32,631 bases of DNA from IMG/VR virus record IMGVR_UViG_3300010214_000037, positions 1 to 32,631 of that record. One strand, 5' to 3'. The position numbers were made by a program, and so were the translations under genes. Shown one piece after another: positions 24,621 to 32,631 of the stretch. This DNA comes from a virus. Lineage: Duplodnaviria > Caudoviricetes. Within the stretch, counting starts at the first letter, position 1. Every line of letters starts with the position of its first letter. Below the pieces are notes generated by a model. It worked only from the letters and a program-made list of their open reading frames with translations. It did not search any database and was not told the DNA's origin.

Positions 24621-25075
24621 GCAAAGCTGCAGACAAGTGTCCCAGCGGCGTGCCGTTTGAGCTGGGCCGGATCTTGATCGAGGCGCTGCGTGCCGATCCC
24701 GGCCTGGCTGGTGTCACGGTCCTGGACAACCCGGAGCGCGCGAGCGTGCTGATGGACGGTGAGCGTCTGGTGTTCCTGGAAGAGCAGCGGGACGTGCCTC
24801 TGGACGATCCCGGCCAGGTGCAAAAACGCATCTATCACTTCAGCGTGGGCGTGATTGCCCGCAATGAGAGTGCCCGCTTACAAGCGCATGGCGACTACCG
24901 CCTGGTCAAGCGCATCTTGCGCAATGACTGCATGAAGCTGATCACGGACGCAGGCATTCGCATTGATGGCAGGGGATTGCTGGAGGGCGCAGTCCAGTAC
25001 CGGCTGGAGAACATCGACCTCGGTGGCTCCCTGGTGCTGGGTGCGTTTTCGATCGAGTACCGCGACCCGAGTTGA
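24617..25075 (+). CDS. Putative tail terminator protein
   Basis: 152 aa directly upstream of the tail tube, ends 'FSIEYR'; assignment is largely positional. Confidence 0.6.
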   Translation: MSKAADKCPSGVPFELGRILIEALRADPGLAGVTVLDNPERASVLMDGERLVFLEEQRDVPLDDPGQVQKRIYHFSVGVIARNESARLQAHGDYRLVKRILRNDCMKLITDAGIRIDGRGLLEGAVQYRLENIDLGGSLVLGAFSIEYRDPS

Positions 25076-25098
25076 TCTCGGTTTTCTGTTGGCTATCC

Positions 25099-25129
25099 GC
25101 CCGCCCGTGCATGCACCGGCGGGCTTTTT
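25099..25129 (+). terminator. Intrinsic terminator-like hairpin before the tail tube gene
   Basis: GCCCGCC...GGCGGGC stem followed by TTTTT. Confidence 0.7.
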
Positions 25130-25146
25130 GTTGAAAGGACACGCAA

Positions 25147-25938
25147 ATGTCTCAAACCTCTACCGCACGCGCCATTCTGGGCGCTGGCCTGGTGAACCTG
25201 AATCTCTGGAATACCGTCACCCAGAAATACGACGGCTTCGGTGAAGCGCTCGATGCCGACAAGTTCGAGATCAAGCCCAACTTTGAAGAGAAGACCTCTG
25301 AGTCCCGCTCGCATCTGGACTACGGCCAGGCCCGCGCCTCGGTCATTCTGGCAAAGCCCACCGAAATCACGATCGAGCTGTCGGCAGGCGACACCAAGGC
25401 CCTGGCGATGCAGTTCCAGGGCATCGTGGAGCAGCTGACGCAGTCGGGCGGCCAGACCGCTTCGGGCGGCACTGACTTTATGGTGACTGATCTCGGGATC
25501 TGGCTGCCTTATGGCAAGCGCAATCTGTATGGCGATACAGACCTGGTCGTGAAGGACGAAGCAGGCACCAATACCCTGGTGCTGGGCACGCACTTCGAGG
25601 TGAACTACCAGCGCGGTGAGTTCCGATTCCTGGCCGTCGATGGTGGTGTCGCAAAGGGTGCCAAGGTCAAGATCGAAGCCAAGTGGGGCGCGGTCGACGG
25701 CAAGAAGATCCTCGGCGGTCGTGTGACCCAGGTGCGCTGCCAGGCCCGCTTTGACGGAAAGAACATGGTCAACGGCGAGCATGTGGAAGCCGACGTGCAC
25801 GAGTGCGTGCTGGGCTCGAATAACGGCTTCGACTTCCTGGGCAGTGACTTCAGCGCCATTACCTTGAGCGGCAAGATCGTCACGCCCAAGGGCATGACCG
25901 AGGGCTACGAGATCCGCTTCCCCGGCGTTTCTGCCTGA
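25147..25938 (+). CDS. Major tail tube protein
   Basis: 263 aa, beta-rich, AAGGA RBS, upstream of the tape measure, no sheath gene. Confidence 0.78.
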   Translation: MSQTSTARAILGAGLVNLNLWNTVTQKYDGFGEALDADKFEIKPNFEEKTSESRSHLDYGQARASVILAKPTEITIELSAGDTKALAMQFQGIVEQLTQSGGQTASGGTDFMVTDLGIWLPYGKRNLYGDTDLVVKDEAGTNTLVLGTHFEVNYQRGEFRFLAVDGGVAKGAKVKIEAKWGAVDGKKILGGRVTQVRCQARFDGKNMVNGEHVEADVHECVLGSNNGFDFLGSDFSAITLSGKIVTPKGMTEGYEIRFPGVSA

Positions 25939-26121
25939 TCAGCGCTTGCGTACAGGCGTCTGTACCAGGCCCATGAGTAGCAGCACGGGCCATCCCACCA
26001 CCACGGTGGCGATGGCTCCGGCCCCAAGGGCCATCATGCGCTCGGACTCCAGCACCAGGCCCAGCAGGGCCAGCGGCAAGCCGACGCCTACCAAGACTAA
26101 ACACCAGAGCAAACCGTTCAT
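25939..26121 (-). CDS. Antisense two-TM small membrane protein (moron-like)
   Basis: Two hydrophobic stretches, basic C-terminus RKR, GGAG upstream; fills the tube-to-TMP gap. Confidence 0.65.
   Translation of the reverse strand: MNGLLWCLVLVGVGLPLALLGLVLESERMMALGAGAIATVVVGWPVLLLMGLVQTPVRKR
25950..25965. repeat. Dispersed 16-bp near-palindrome GTACAGGCGTCTGTAC, copy 3
   Basis: At the 3' end of the small antisense membrane gene. Confidence 0.9.
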
Positions 26122-26144
26122 TTCTCCAACTCCTGAGGCACTAG

Positions 26145-29100
26145 ATGGCTGACCCCAAGATCAAATACGACATTGAGGCTGCAGTCAAGGGGGCTGCCGA
26201 CGCCGATGATCTTGCAAAGGCCATGCGCAATGTCGGGGACGTGCTCGAAGGCGACCTCAAGCAAGGGGCGGCTGACGCCGCTGCCGCGCTCGATGCGCTG
26301 GGCTCGAAGCAGCGGGCGCTACGTGGCTTTGCCGAGCTGAGGGTCGAAACGCAGAGCCTGACACGCCAGCTCGACTCATCGGTCACGGTCGTGGATCGCC
26401 TGGGCCGCGAGCTGGAAGACTCTTCGACCAAGGCCAAGGCGCTGGGCCAGGCAGAAGCGACGGCCAGCCAGTCGGTGCTTGCGGCTCAGCAGGCCCTGGT
26501 CTCCAAAAAGAACGCGCTGCGCAGCCTGCGCGACGAAACCAGTGCCACGGGCAGGCGCACCGATGAATATCGTGCCGCAGTGGACGGCCTCAAAACGGGC
26601 ATCGCTGCGGCCTCCAAGGAGCTGAAGACCCAGCAAAGCGCCCTGGATAGCGCCGCCCGGGCTGCCCGCCAGGGCGTGAATGCCGAGGCTGCGCTGCGCA
26701 GGGAATACGAAACAGCCATCGGCGCATCGGCCAGGCTATCTGCCGAGCTGGGCCGCAAGAGCGCGGCGCTGCAGCAGACCCGAGGTGCGCTCGAAGGCAT
26801 GGGCATGAGCACCAGCGGCCTGGCCCAGCAGGAGAAGGCGCTGCAGGCGGCTGTCGCCCAGGCCCGCGCCGAGATCGTGGCCTTGGTGCCCGCATACCAG
26901 CAGGCGGCCAATGCCTCGACCGCGTCCACCCAAGTCCAGGCGCAGAACCAGCGCACGCTGCGCGAGGGCATGACCTCCATCAGCGTGCAGCTGCAGCGTG
27001 TCCAGAACATCGCCACAGCGGCGCTCGCCGGCAGCTACTTTGGCGGAATGATCAAGGGCCTGGCGAACACTGCCGACGCCTATACGAATCTGGAGGATCG
27101 CGTCCGCCTGGCTACGGGTGCCGGTGCGCAGTTTGAAAAGGGCCTGGCCGGCGTCCAGTCCGTGGCCCTCAAGACCAATACAGGGCTGGAGGAGACAGGC
27201 ACTCTGTTTGCCCGTCTCAAGAAGGCCTCAGAAGAGGGCGGTATGGCCGCCGCCCAGGCGCAAGAGCGTGCCCTTGGCCTGGCTACCACCATCAACCAGG
27301 CTACGCAGTTGTCGGGCGCTTCGGCGGCATCGTCGCAGGCCGCGCTGATCCAGCTGATCCAGGGCCTGCAGTCCGGTGTGCTGCGCGGCGAAGAGTTCAA
27401 TTCCGTCATGGAGCAGGCTCCGCGCCTGGCGCAGGCCCTGGCAAACGGCCTCGGCGTCACCACGGGCGAGCTGCGCAAGTTGGCCGGCGAGGGCTTCCTC
27501 ACCGCTGAAACCGTCATGCGTGCCCTGGAGAACCAGTCTCAGGTCGTGGCGCGCGAGTTTGAGAGCCTGCGCCCCACGGTAGGCCGTGCACTGCAGAACC
27601 TGACCACCCAATGGACGATCTATGTAGGCGAGTCCAACAAGGGGCTGCTCAGCACGGAGAACGCTGCCAAGGTGATCAACGCCCTGGCCCAGAATCTGGA
27701 TCTGGTGGTCGGCACCCTGACGGCGGCAGGCAAGGCCTGGGCGGCCATCAAGATCTCCGGCCTGGTGGCCGACTTTGCGCGCTGGGCCACCAGCACCATG
27801 GCGGCCACCAAAGAGCTGGAGGTCAATACGGCTGCAGCTGCCCGCAATACGGTCGCCCAGCAAGCCAACACGGCAGCCAGCGCCCAGAACACGGTAGCCC
27901 AGGCCAGTAACACGGCAGCGACCACGGCCAACACGGCAGCGCGTGCCGCCAATGCCAAGGCCTGGGGCGATATCGGCGCGTTCACGCGCGCTGCTGGTAC
28001 CGCTCAGGGCGTAGCCACTGCCGCCACGGCGGCCAATACAGCTGCGGTCGCGGCCAATGCGGCGCAGGCAGCCAAGGCGGGCATTGTCTGGCGTGGCGCT
28101 TCGGCGCTGATGGGGCCTTGGGGTATTGCGGTCGCCGCGCTCACGCCCGAGATCCTGGGTTTGGGCCGAGCTTTGGGCGAGCAGGCTGCCAAGTGGATGG
28201 GCTACGGCAAGGCGATCGAGGAGGCCGAACGCCAGATGCGTGTGGCCGACGAGGCAGCCAAGGTACACGCCGAAAGCGTCCGCAGAAACAACGCCTTGAT
28301 GGAGGAGGCGCGCAGCCGCCAGTTTGACCTGGGCAAGGAATCCCGGGGCCTGGTCTCCAAGTTTGACCAGCTGCGGCAAAGCGGTGACAGCGCTGCCGAC
28401 GCCATTGCCAAGATCGGCAAGGACTTTGACCTGTCCAATGCGGCGGGCATTCGCTCTGCCACGGCAGTACTCGACAAGCTGGCGGCTGACGGCAAGCTCT
28501 CGGCCAGCGAGCTGCAGGCAGCATGGGCGCAGGCTCTGGACGGCAAGGATCTCGCCAAGTTTGAGATCCTGGCGCGGCAGGCCTTCGCCAGTGCCGGCCA
28601 GGAGGCCAACAAGCTGCGCGTGCAGATCGATGAGGCCATCAGCAAGGGCGCGTCTCCCGAGGTCATCAAGGCGATGCAGGATCGCCTGGAGGGGGCCATG
28701 GCCGCTGCGGGCCGCGAGACAGAGCGCGTGGCCCAGATGATGGACCAGACTCTGCGCGAGGCTGTGCGCCGCACGGGGCTGGATTTCGCGGATCTGCAGG
28801 GGCGCATGACCACCGCGTCGCGCTCGGTCATCAATGACCTCGATGTCGTCATCAATGGCCTGGGCAGGCTCAAGGAGCAGGGCGTCGACACGGGGCGCGT
28901 GCTGGAGGCCAGCTTTGTCAAGGCGCTGGACACGGCAGACAGCCAGCAGGCCGTGGAAGAGGTCACTCGCCGGATCGAGGAGCTGCGCGGCAAGCTGGGC
29001 GAGCGCGTGGCGAATGGCCTGCTGGACCAGGCCAAGACCAAGATCGATGCACTCAAGGATGCGGCAGACAAGGCAAAGCCGGGTATCAACAGCCTCAAGG

Positions 29101-30104
29101 AAGCCCTGGACCAACTGGGTGTTAAGACCGATCAATCCTTCAAGGACGTCGCCGCCAAGTCCAAGGAAGCCTTTGACATCGTCGCCAGCAGCGGCACCGC
29201 AAGCGCCCGCGAGCTGGGCGATGCCTTCAAGAAGGCTGCAGATGATGCGATCGCCGCCAACAAGGGCGTGGCACCCGAGTGGGTCAAGTCGCAAGCCGCC
29301 GTGCGCGGCTGGCGTGTGGAGGTCGACCAGGCCGGCAAGGCCACGCTGGTGAGCGTGAATGACTCCAAACGTGCCCTGGATGACTTGAATAGCAGCACCA
29401 ACAACGTCGGGCGCGGCTTTGCGGGCATGAAAGAGCAGGCCGTCGCAGCACTGCGGGCCATGGGCATCGAGGCCGAGAACGTCTCGGAAAAGGTGCAGAA
29501 GCTGGTACAGGACGGCCAGATGCTGGCCGGCGCGTTCCAGCAGCGGCAGGACAACTGGAATGCGGAGCTGGAAGCCTCCAAGTACATGAACCGGGGCAAG
29601 ACCAATCCCGTCGACGCCGTGCCCTCATTCAGCAGCCGTGCCGAGGCCGAGGCCTGGTGGGCTACCTGGCAGCAGCAGTACGCCAAAGACAACCCCTTTA
29701 CGGTCAAGAGCGGCGGGGCGCTCGGCAACTACATGTATGACATGACCAAGTTCGAATTTGACGCCGAGGTGCGGCAAGTCGAACAGCGTGAGGCCATGGA
29801 GAAGGCGCGCAAGAAGGCCGAGTCTAGCCAGCCCAGCGGTGGCAATGGTGGCGGTGGTTCCGGTGGCGGGAACGGTGGCACAGGTGGCGGTACAGGGTCT
29901 GGTGGTGGCTCAGGCGGTGGCGCGGGCGGATCTGGTGGCGGCAACGGCGGCGGCCAGCAGATCGATCGCATCGTCAATCTGTACTTCAACAGCGCGCCGG
30001 CCAATCCGGTGCCGACCAATCAGACCGGCCAGAACTCGCTGGAGGCCATGGGCCGCGAGTGGGTGCGAATCATGGAGCAACAACGGAGCCAGACCGGCAA
30101 ATGA
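26145..30104 (+). CDS. Tail tape measure protein
   Basis: 1319 aa, Ala-rich helical; 'LIQGLQSGVLRGEEFNSVMEQAPRLA' tape-measure motif. Confidence 0.95.
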   Translation: MADPKIKYDIEAAVKGAADADDLAKAMRNVGDVLEGDLKQGAADAAAALDALGSKQRALRGFAELRVETQSLTRQLDSSVTVVDRLGRELEDSSTKAKALGQAEATASQSVLAAQQALVSKKNALRSLRDETSATGRRTDEYRAAVDGLKTGIAAASKELKTQQSALDSAARAARQGVNAEAALRREYETAIGASARLSAELGRKSAALQQTRGALEGMGMSTSGLAQQEKALQAAVAQARAEIVALVPAYQQAANASTASTQVQAQNQRTLREGMTSISVQLQRVQNIATAALAGSYFGGMIKGLANTADAYTNLEDRVRLATGAGAQFEKGLAGVQSVALKTNTGLEETGTLFARLKKASEEGGMAAAQAQERALGLATTINQATQLSGASAASSQAALIQLIQGLQSGVLRGEEFNSVMEQAPRLAQALANGLGVTTGELRKLAGEGFLTAETVMRALENQSQVVAREFESLRPTVGRALQNLTTQWTIYVGESNKGLLSTENAAKVINALAQNLDLVVGTLTAAGKAWAAIKISGLVADFARWATSTMAATKELEVNTAAAARNTVAQQANTAASAQNTVAQASNTAATTANTAARAANAKAWGDIGAFTRAAGTAQGVATAATAANTAAVAANAAQAAKAGIVWRGASALMGPWGIAVAALTPEILGLGRALGEQAAKWMGYGKAIEEAERQMRVADEAAKVHAESVRRNNALMEEARSRQFDLGKESRGLVSKFDQLRQSGDSAADAIAKIGKDFDLSNAAGIRSATAVLDKLAADGKLSASELQAAWAQALDGKDLAKFEILARQAFASAGQEANKLRVQIDEAISKGASPEVIKAMQDRLEGAMAAAGRETERVAQMMDQTLREAVRRTGLDFADLQGRMTTASRSVINDLDVVINGLGRLKEQGVDTGRVLEASFVKALDTADSQQAVEEVTRRIEELRGKLGERVANGLLDQAKTKIDALKDAADKAKPGINSLKEALDQLGVKTDQSFKDVAAKSKEAFDIVASSGTASARELGDAFKKAADDAIAANKGVAPEWVKSQAAVRGWRVEVDQAGKATLVSVNDSKRALDDLNSSTNNVGRGFAGMKEQAVAALRAMGIEAENVSEKVQKLVQDGQMLAGAFQQRQDNWNAELEASKYMNRGKTNPVDAVPSFSSRAEAEAWWATWQQQYAKDNPFTVKSGGALGNYMYDMTKFEFDAEVRQVEQREAMEKARKKAESSQPSGGNGGGGSGGGNGGTGGGTGSGGGSGGGAGGSGGGNGGGQQIDRIVNLYFNSAPANPVPTNQTGQNSLEAMGREWVRIMEQQRSQTGK

Positions 30105-30529
30105 CTATGAGCGATCGAATCATTTTGACCTCGGGCGGCGTGGCTTTGGACCTGCCGCCCGATTTGATTTGGGTGGACGAACTGACGGCCTCCAATGTGG
30201 TGCAGCGCAGCAAGCGCAGCGCATTCGGCACGCTGATCATCAGCGCGATGCAGTTGCATGGCGGTCAGCGCATCACCCTGCAGGGCGAGGGCGGTAGTGC
30301 CTGGATCGAGCGCCGCGCCCTCAAACAGATCAAGCAGTGGGGCAGTGTTCCTGGCTTGCGCCTGGAGCTTGATATCCGTGGCGAGACCTTCAGCGTGGTC
30401 TTTGACCACGGCGATGCCGATGAGACCCGAGCGCTCGGCATGCAGTCCGTCATTGATTTTTGCGACAAGCAGGACGACGACTATTACGGCAGCCTGGTGC
30501 TGCGCTTTCTGGAAGCAGGCGAACAATGA
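30101..30529 (+). CDS. Distal tail/tail-tip protein
   Basis: ATGA overlap with TMP; 'LPPDLIWVDE...RSAFGTLII...GQRITL'; position after TMP. Confidence 0.72.
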   Translation: MTMSDRIILTSGGVALDLPPDLIWVDELTASNVVQRSKRSAFGTLIISAMQLHGGQRITLQGEGGSAWIERRALKQIKQWGSVPGLRLELDIRGETFSVVFDHGDADETRALGMQSVIDFCDKQDDDYYGSLVLRFLEAGEQ

Positions 30530-32631
30530 GTATCAAACAAGGCGACATCCAGCTGCGAGCCAGCCGCGTCATGGACGATGTACCCGAGGGCGGTGGTGGC
30601 CCTTCGAACGTCGTGATCGAGTCCGGCCAAGAGAACTCCATCATGCCCGACGTCTCCGAGATGGACCGCGCCCTGGGCCGCGACAACATGCGTCAGGTGT
30701 TTGTGGGCGTGGATACCGAAGACCGCGACACCTACCAGGGCAGCAATGTCATCGTGGCAAAGCCCCCCGAAGATCCCAATATCTCCATCACCCTGTTTGC
30801 CACTGGCGGCGTCTACGACACCCGTGCCCAGGCGCAGGCCAGGCTGGAGGCCTATTTGAACAAGGGGCCGGAGTGGGCGGGCTATCTCTATGAGGATCAC
30901 ATCCAGGGCCAGCGCGTCATCCAGATCTTTCAGCGCCCCGGTACCGAGCTGCCCGCCGTGGGCAAGACCTTGGTGCTGGTGGGCAATGAGGGGCTGGTCA
31001 ACGAGCAGATGCAGTACGTCCGCGCCATTCGCGTGACCAGTCAGGAGCGCTCCTTTACCTATGACACAGACAAAGACTACAAGGCGGTGATTGTCTCGGT
31101 CGAGATCTCCGACGCGCTGCGGTACGGCTTCACCGGCTCCCCGGCCAGCCGCCAATTCACGCGCCTGGCCAATAGCGCCCGCTTGCGCGATACCGTGGTG
31201 GCCGATGCGGGCAGCTATGTGGGCGTGACCCCGCTGCAAAAGGCTGCAGCGCTGGGCGACTTCACCATCATCGCCAAGACGATCATGACCCAGATCGTGC
31301 CCTCGGCGCAGAGCGAGACGCCCATTCCCGCGACCATTCCCTATGCAGCGGCAGGCTTCCCAGTCTCTGCGGCAGAGGCAGTGACCTTCAGCACCGCCCA
31401 GACCTGGAACACCACTACCAGCCTGGCTCTGCCGGGTGGCTGCCTGCCGGGGTCGCTCTCCATCGTGGTGGGAGGAGTGACCTTGACCGACAAGGGCGGT
31501 ATTCTGATGTCGGGCACCCAGCAGATCGGTTTGGTGGACTATGCCAACGGCATTGTTACGTCCAGCTCGGGAAGCTATGACGGCACCAAGACCATCAGCT
31601 ACCGGCCTGCTGCGTACATGCAGCGCGTGCCGCAATCCAGCGAGATCCGCATCACGGCAGAGAACCGCAGCCAGAGCTATACCGGCTTTATCACGCCACT
31701 GCCGGCGCGCGGCACCTTGTCTTTCAGCTACCGGGCGCAGGGCCGCTGGTATGTGCTCTCGGACTCGGGAGACGGCACTCTGCGCGGCACGGACTCCAGC
31801 TATGGCGCGGGCACCTATAGCGCCGAGACCGGCAGCTTTGTCGTCACGCTGGGGGCCTTGCCCGATGTGGGCAGCTCCATCGTCCAGCACTGGGGCGTGC
31901 CCACGCAGGAAACCGTGCAGCCTGCAGTCGATCTGCTGATCAGCCAGACCATCGCCCTGGCCTTGCCTGCAGGGCAGGCGCTTTATCCGGGGGCTTTCTC
32001 CATGACCTGGATGGATGGAACGAATCAGCGCACGGCCACGGCCACTGCTGCCTGGCAGCTCCAGGGCGATGCCACGGGCGAGGTGCGTGTCGGTCGCTCC
32101 GAGGTCGTGTTTGCGCCCAGACTGCTGCCCGCCGTGGGCACGGTGCTCGATGTCACGGTCGACACAGCTCCCGCAGTCGAGGTCAACCTGCAGCACCCAT
32201 CGCGCAACGGCCAGGGCCGTCTGGCAGTCTCGGCAGGGCAGGGGGCGCTGGTGCCGTTCACGGTCGAGGTGGAGTGGAACACCCTGACCGACCAGAGCGT
32301 GCTCGGTCTCTACACCCGCGACCAGCTCAAAGAAATGGGCGTGACGCTGGTCGATCCGACCCAGATCGCCCGCGATGACGGCAATGGCAAGCTGATGCTC
32401 AACGGCGTGCAACTGGGCACGGTCAACTACAGCACAGGAGCGGTGGACTTCAATCCTGATGTCGTCATCAAGATCCCCAAGCCGTTCTACTCGTCCAGCC
32501 AAGTCAGCGGCGGCGGCTTCAATGGCGAGGTCGCCAAGTACCGTCTCAACTATGAGGGCATCGAGTACCTAAATGCCCCCTCGATCTACCCCAATGACGA
32601 AAGCGGCTACGTCAAGATCCGGTTTCGCACC
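30526..32631 (+). CDS. Large tail-tip/baseplate structural protein, 3'-truncated by the window (not in ORF track)
   Basis: ATG at 30526 overlaps the previous stop; begins MSIKQGDIQLRASRVMDDVPEGGG and appears to stay open to the window end; Thr/Gly/Ser-rich beta sequence. Confidence 0.85.
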   Translation, partial: MSIKQGDIQLRASRVMDDVPEGGGGPSNVVIESGQENSIMPDVSEMDRALGRDNMRQVFVGVDTEDRDTYQGSNVIVAKPPEDPNISITLFATGGVYDTRAQAQARLEAYLNKGPEWAGYLYEDHIQGQRVIQIFQRPGTELPAVGKTLVLVGNEGLVNEQMQYVRAIRVTSQERSFTYDTDKDYKAVIVSVEISDALRYGFTGSPASRQFTRLANSARLRDTVVADAGSYVGVTPLQKAAALGDFTIIAKTIMTQIVPSAQSETPIPATIPYAAAGFPVSAAEAVTFSTAQTWNTTTSLALPGGCLPGSLSIVVGGVTLTDKGGILMSGTQQIGLVDYANGIVTSSSGSYDGTKTISYRPAAYMQRVPQSSEIRITAENRSQSYTGFITPLPARGTLSFSYRAQGRWYVLSDSGDGTLRGTDSSYGAGTYSAETGSFVVTLGALPDVGSSIVQHWGVPTQETVQPAVDLLISQTIALALPAGQALYPGAFSMTWMDGTNQRTATATAAWQLQGDATGEVRVGRSEVVFAPRLLPAVGTVLDVTVDTAPAVEVNLQHPSRNGQGRLAVSAGQGALVPFTVEVEWNTLTDQSVLGLYTRDQLKEMGVTLVDPTQIARDDGNGKLMLNGVQLGTVNYSTGAVDFNPDVVIKIPKPFYSSSQVSGGGFNGEVAKYRLNYEGIEYLNAPSIYPNDESGYVKIRFRT

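Larger units (their letters stand above)
1..32631. mobile_element. Temperate prophage (lambda-like head module, long non-contractile tail), truncated by the right window edge
   Basis: Canonical order: integrase, xis, early operon, repressor/cro, primase/helicase, terminase, portal, protease, capsid, tail tube, tape measure. No host genes are visible and att sites lie outside the window. Confidence 0.97.

Noticed and set aside
27228-29294. Long antisense ORFs (also 30484-32502, 4838-6241, 12779-13996, 19503-20723)
   Set aside because: Shadow frames of GC-rich genes with strong codon bias; no recognisable motifs.
30526-32631. Diversity-generating retroelement or invertible tail cassette
   Set aside because: No reverse transcriptase, invertase or template/variable repeat pair is visible in this window.

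Overview
The window is the left ~32.6 kb of a temperate siphovirus-type prophage in a GC-rich host (probably a betaproteobacterium; this is inference). It opens exactly at a P4-like tyrosine integrase (1-1275). A convergent, tightly coupled leftward early operon (8933-1247) encodes an AlpA-type excisionase, an ASCH protein, an Ead/Ea22-like mosaic protein, a 723-aa ParB and an apparently catalytically dead copy of the phage's own helicase. Next come the immunity region (repressor without peptidase domain, Cro, shared operators, a pilin-like membrane protein, a CII-like gene), a split TOPRIM primase plus SF3 helicase, and a mirror-symmetric iteron origin. The packaging and structural genes follow: lambda-type terminase, a late regulator, head genes, tail tube, tape measure and a large tail-tip gene that runs off the window. 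The most striking unexplained signals are (1) an identical 16-bp near-palindrome GTACAGGCGTCTGTAC hidden in three coding tails about 9 kb apart, a candidate dispersed parS/KorB-type operator for the ParA-less ParB, (2) the Walker-dead helicase paralog, and (3) the prepilin-like gene behind the repressor. All family assignments come from reading motifs by eye, not from database searches.
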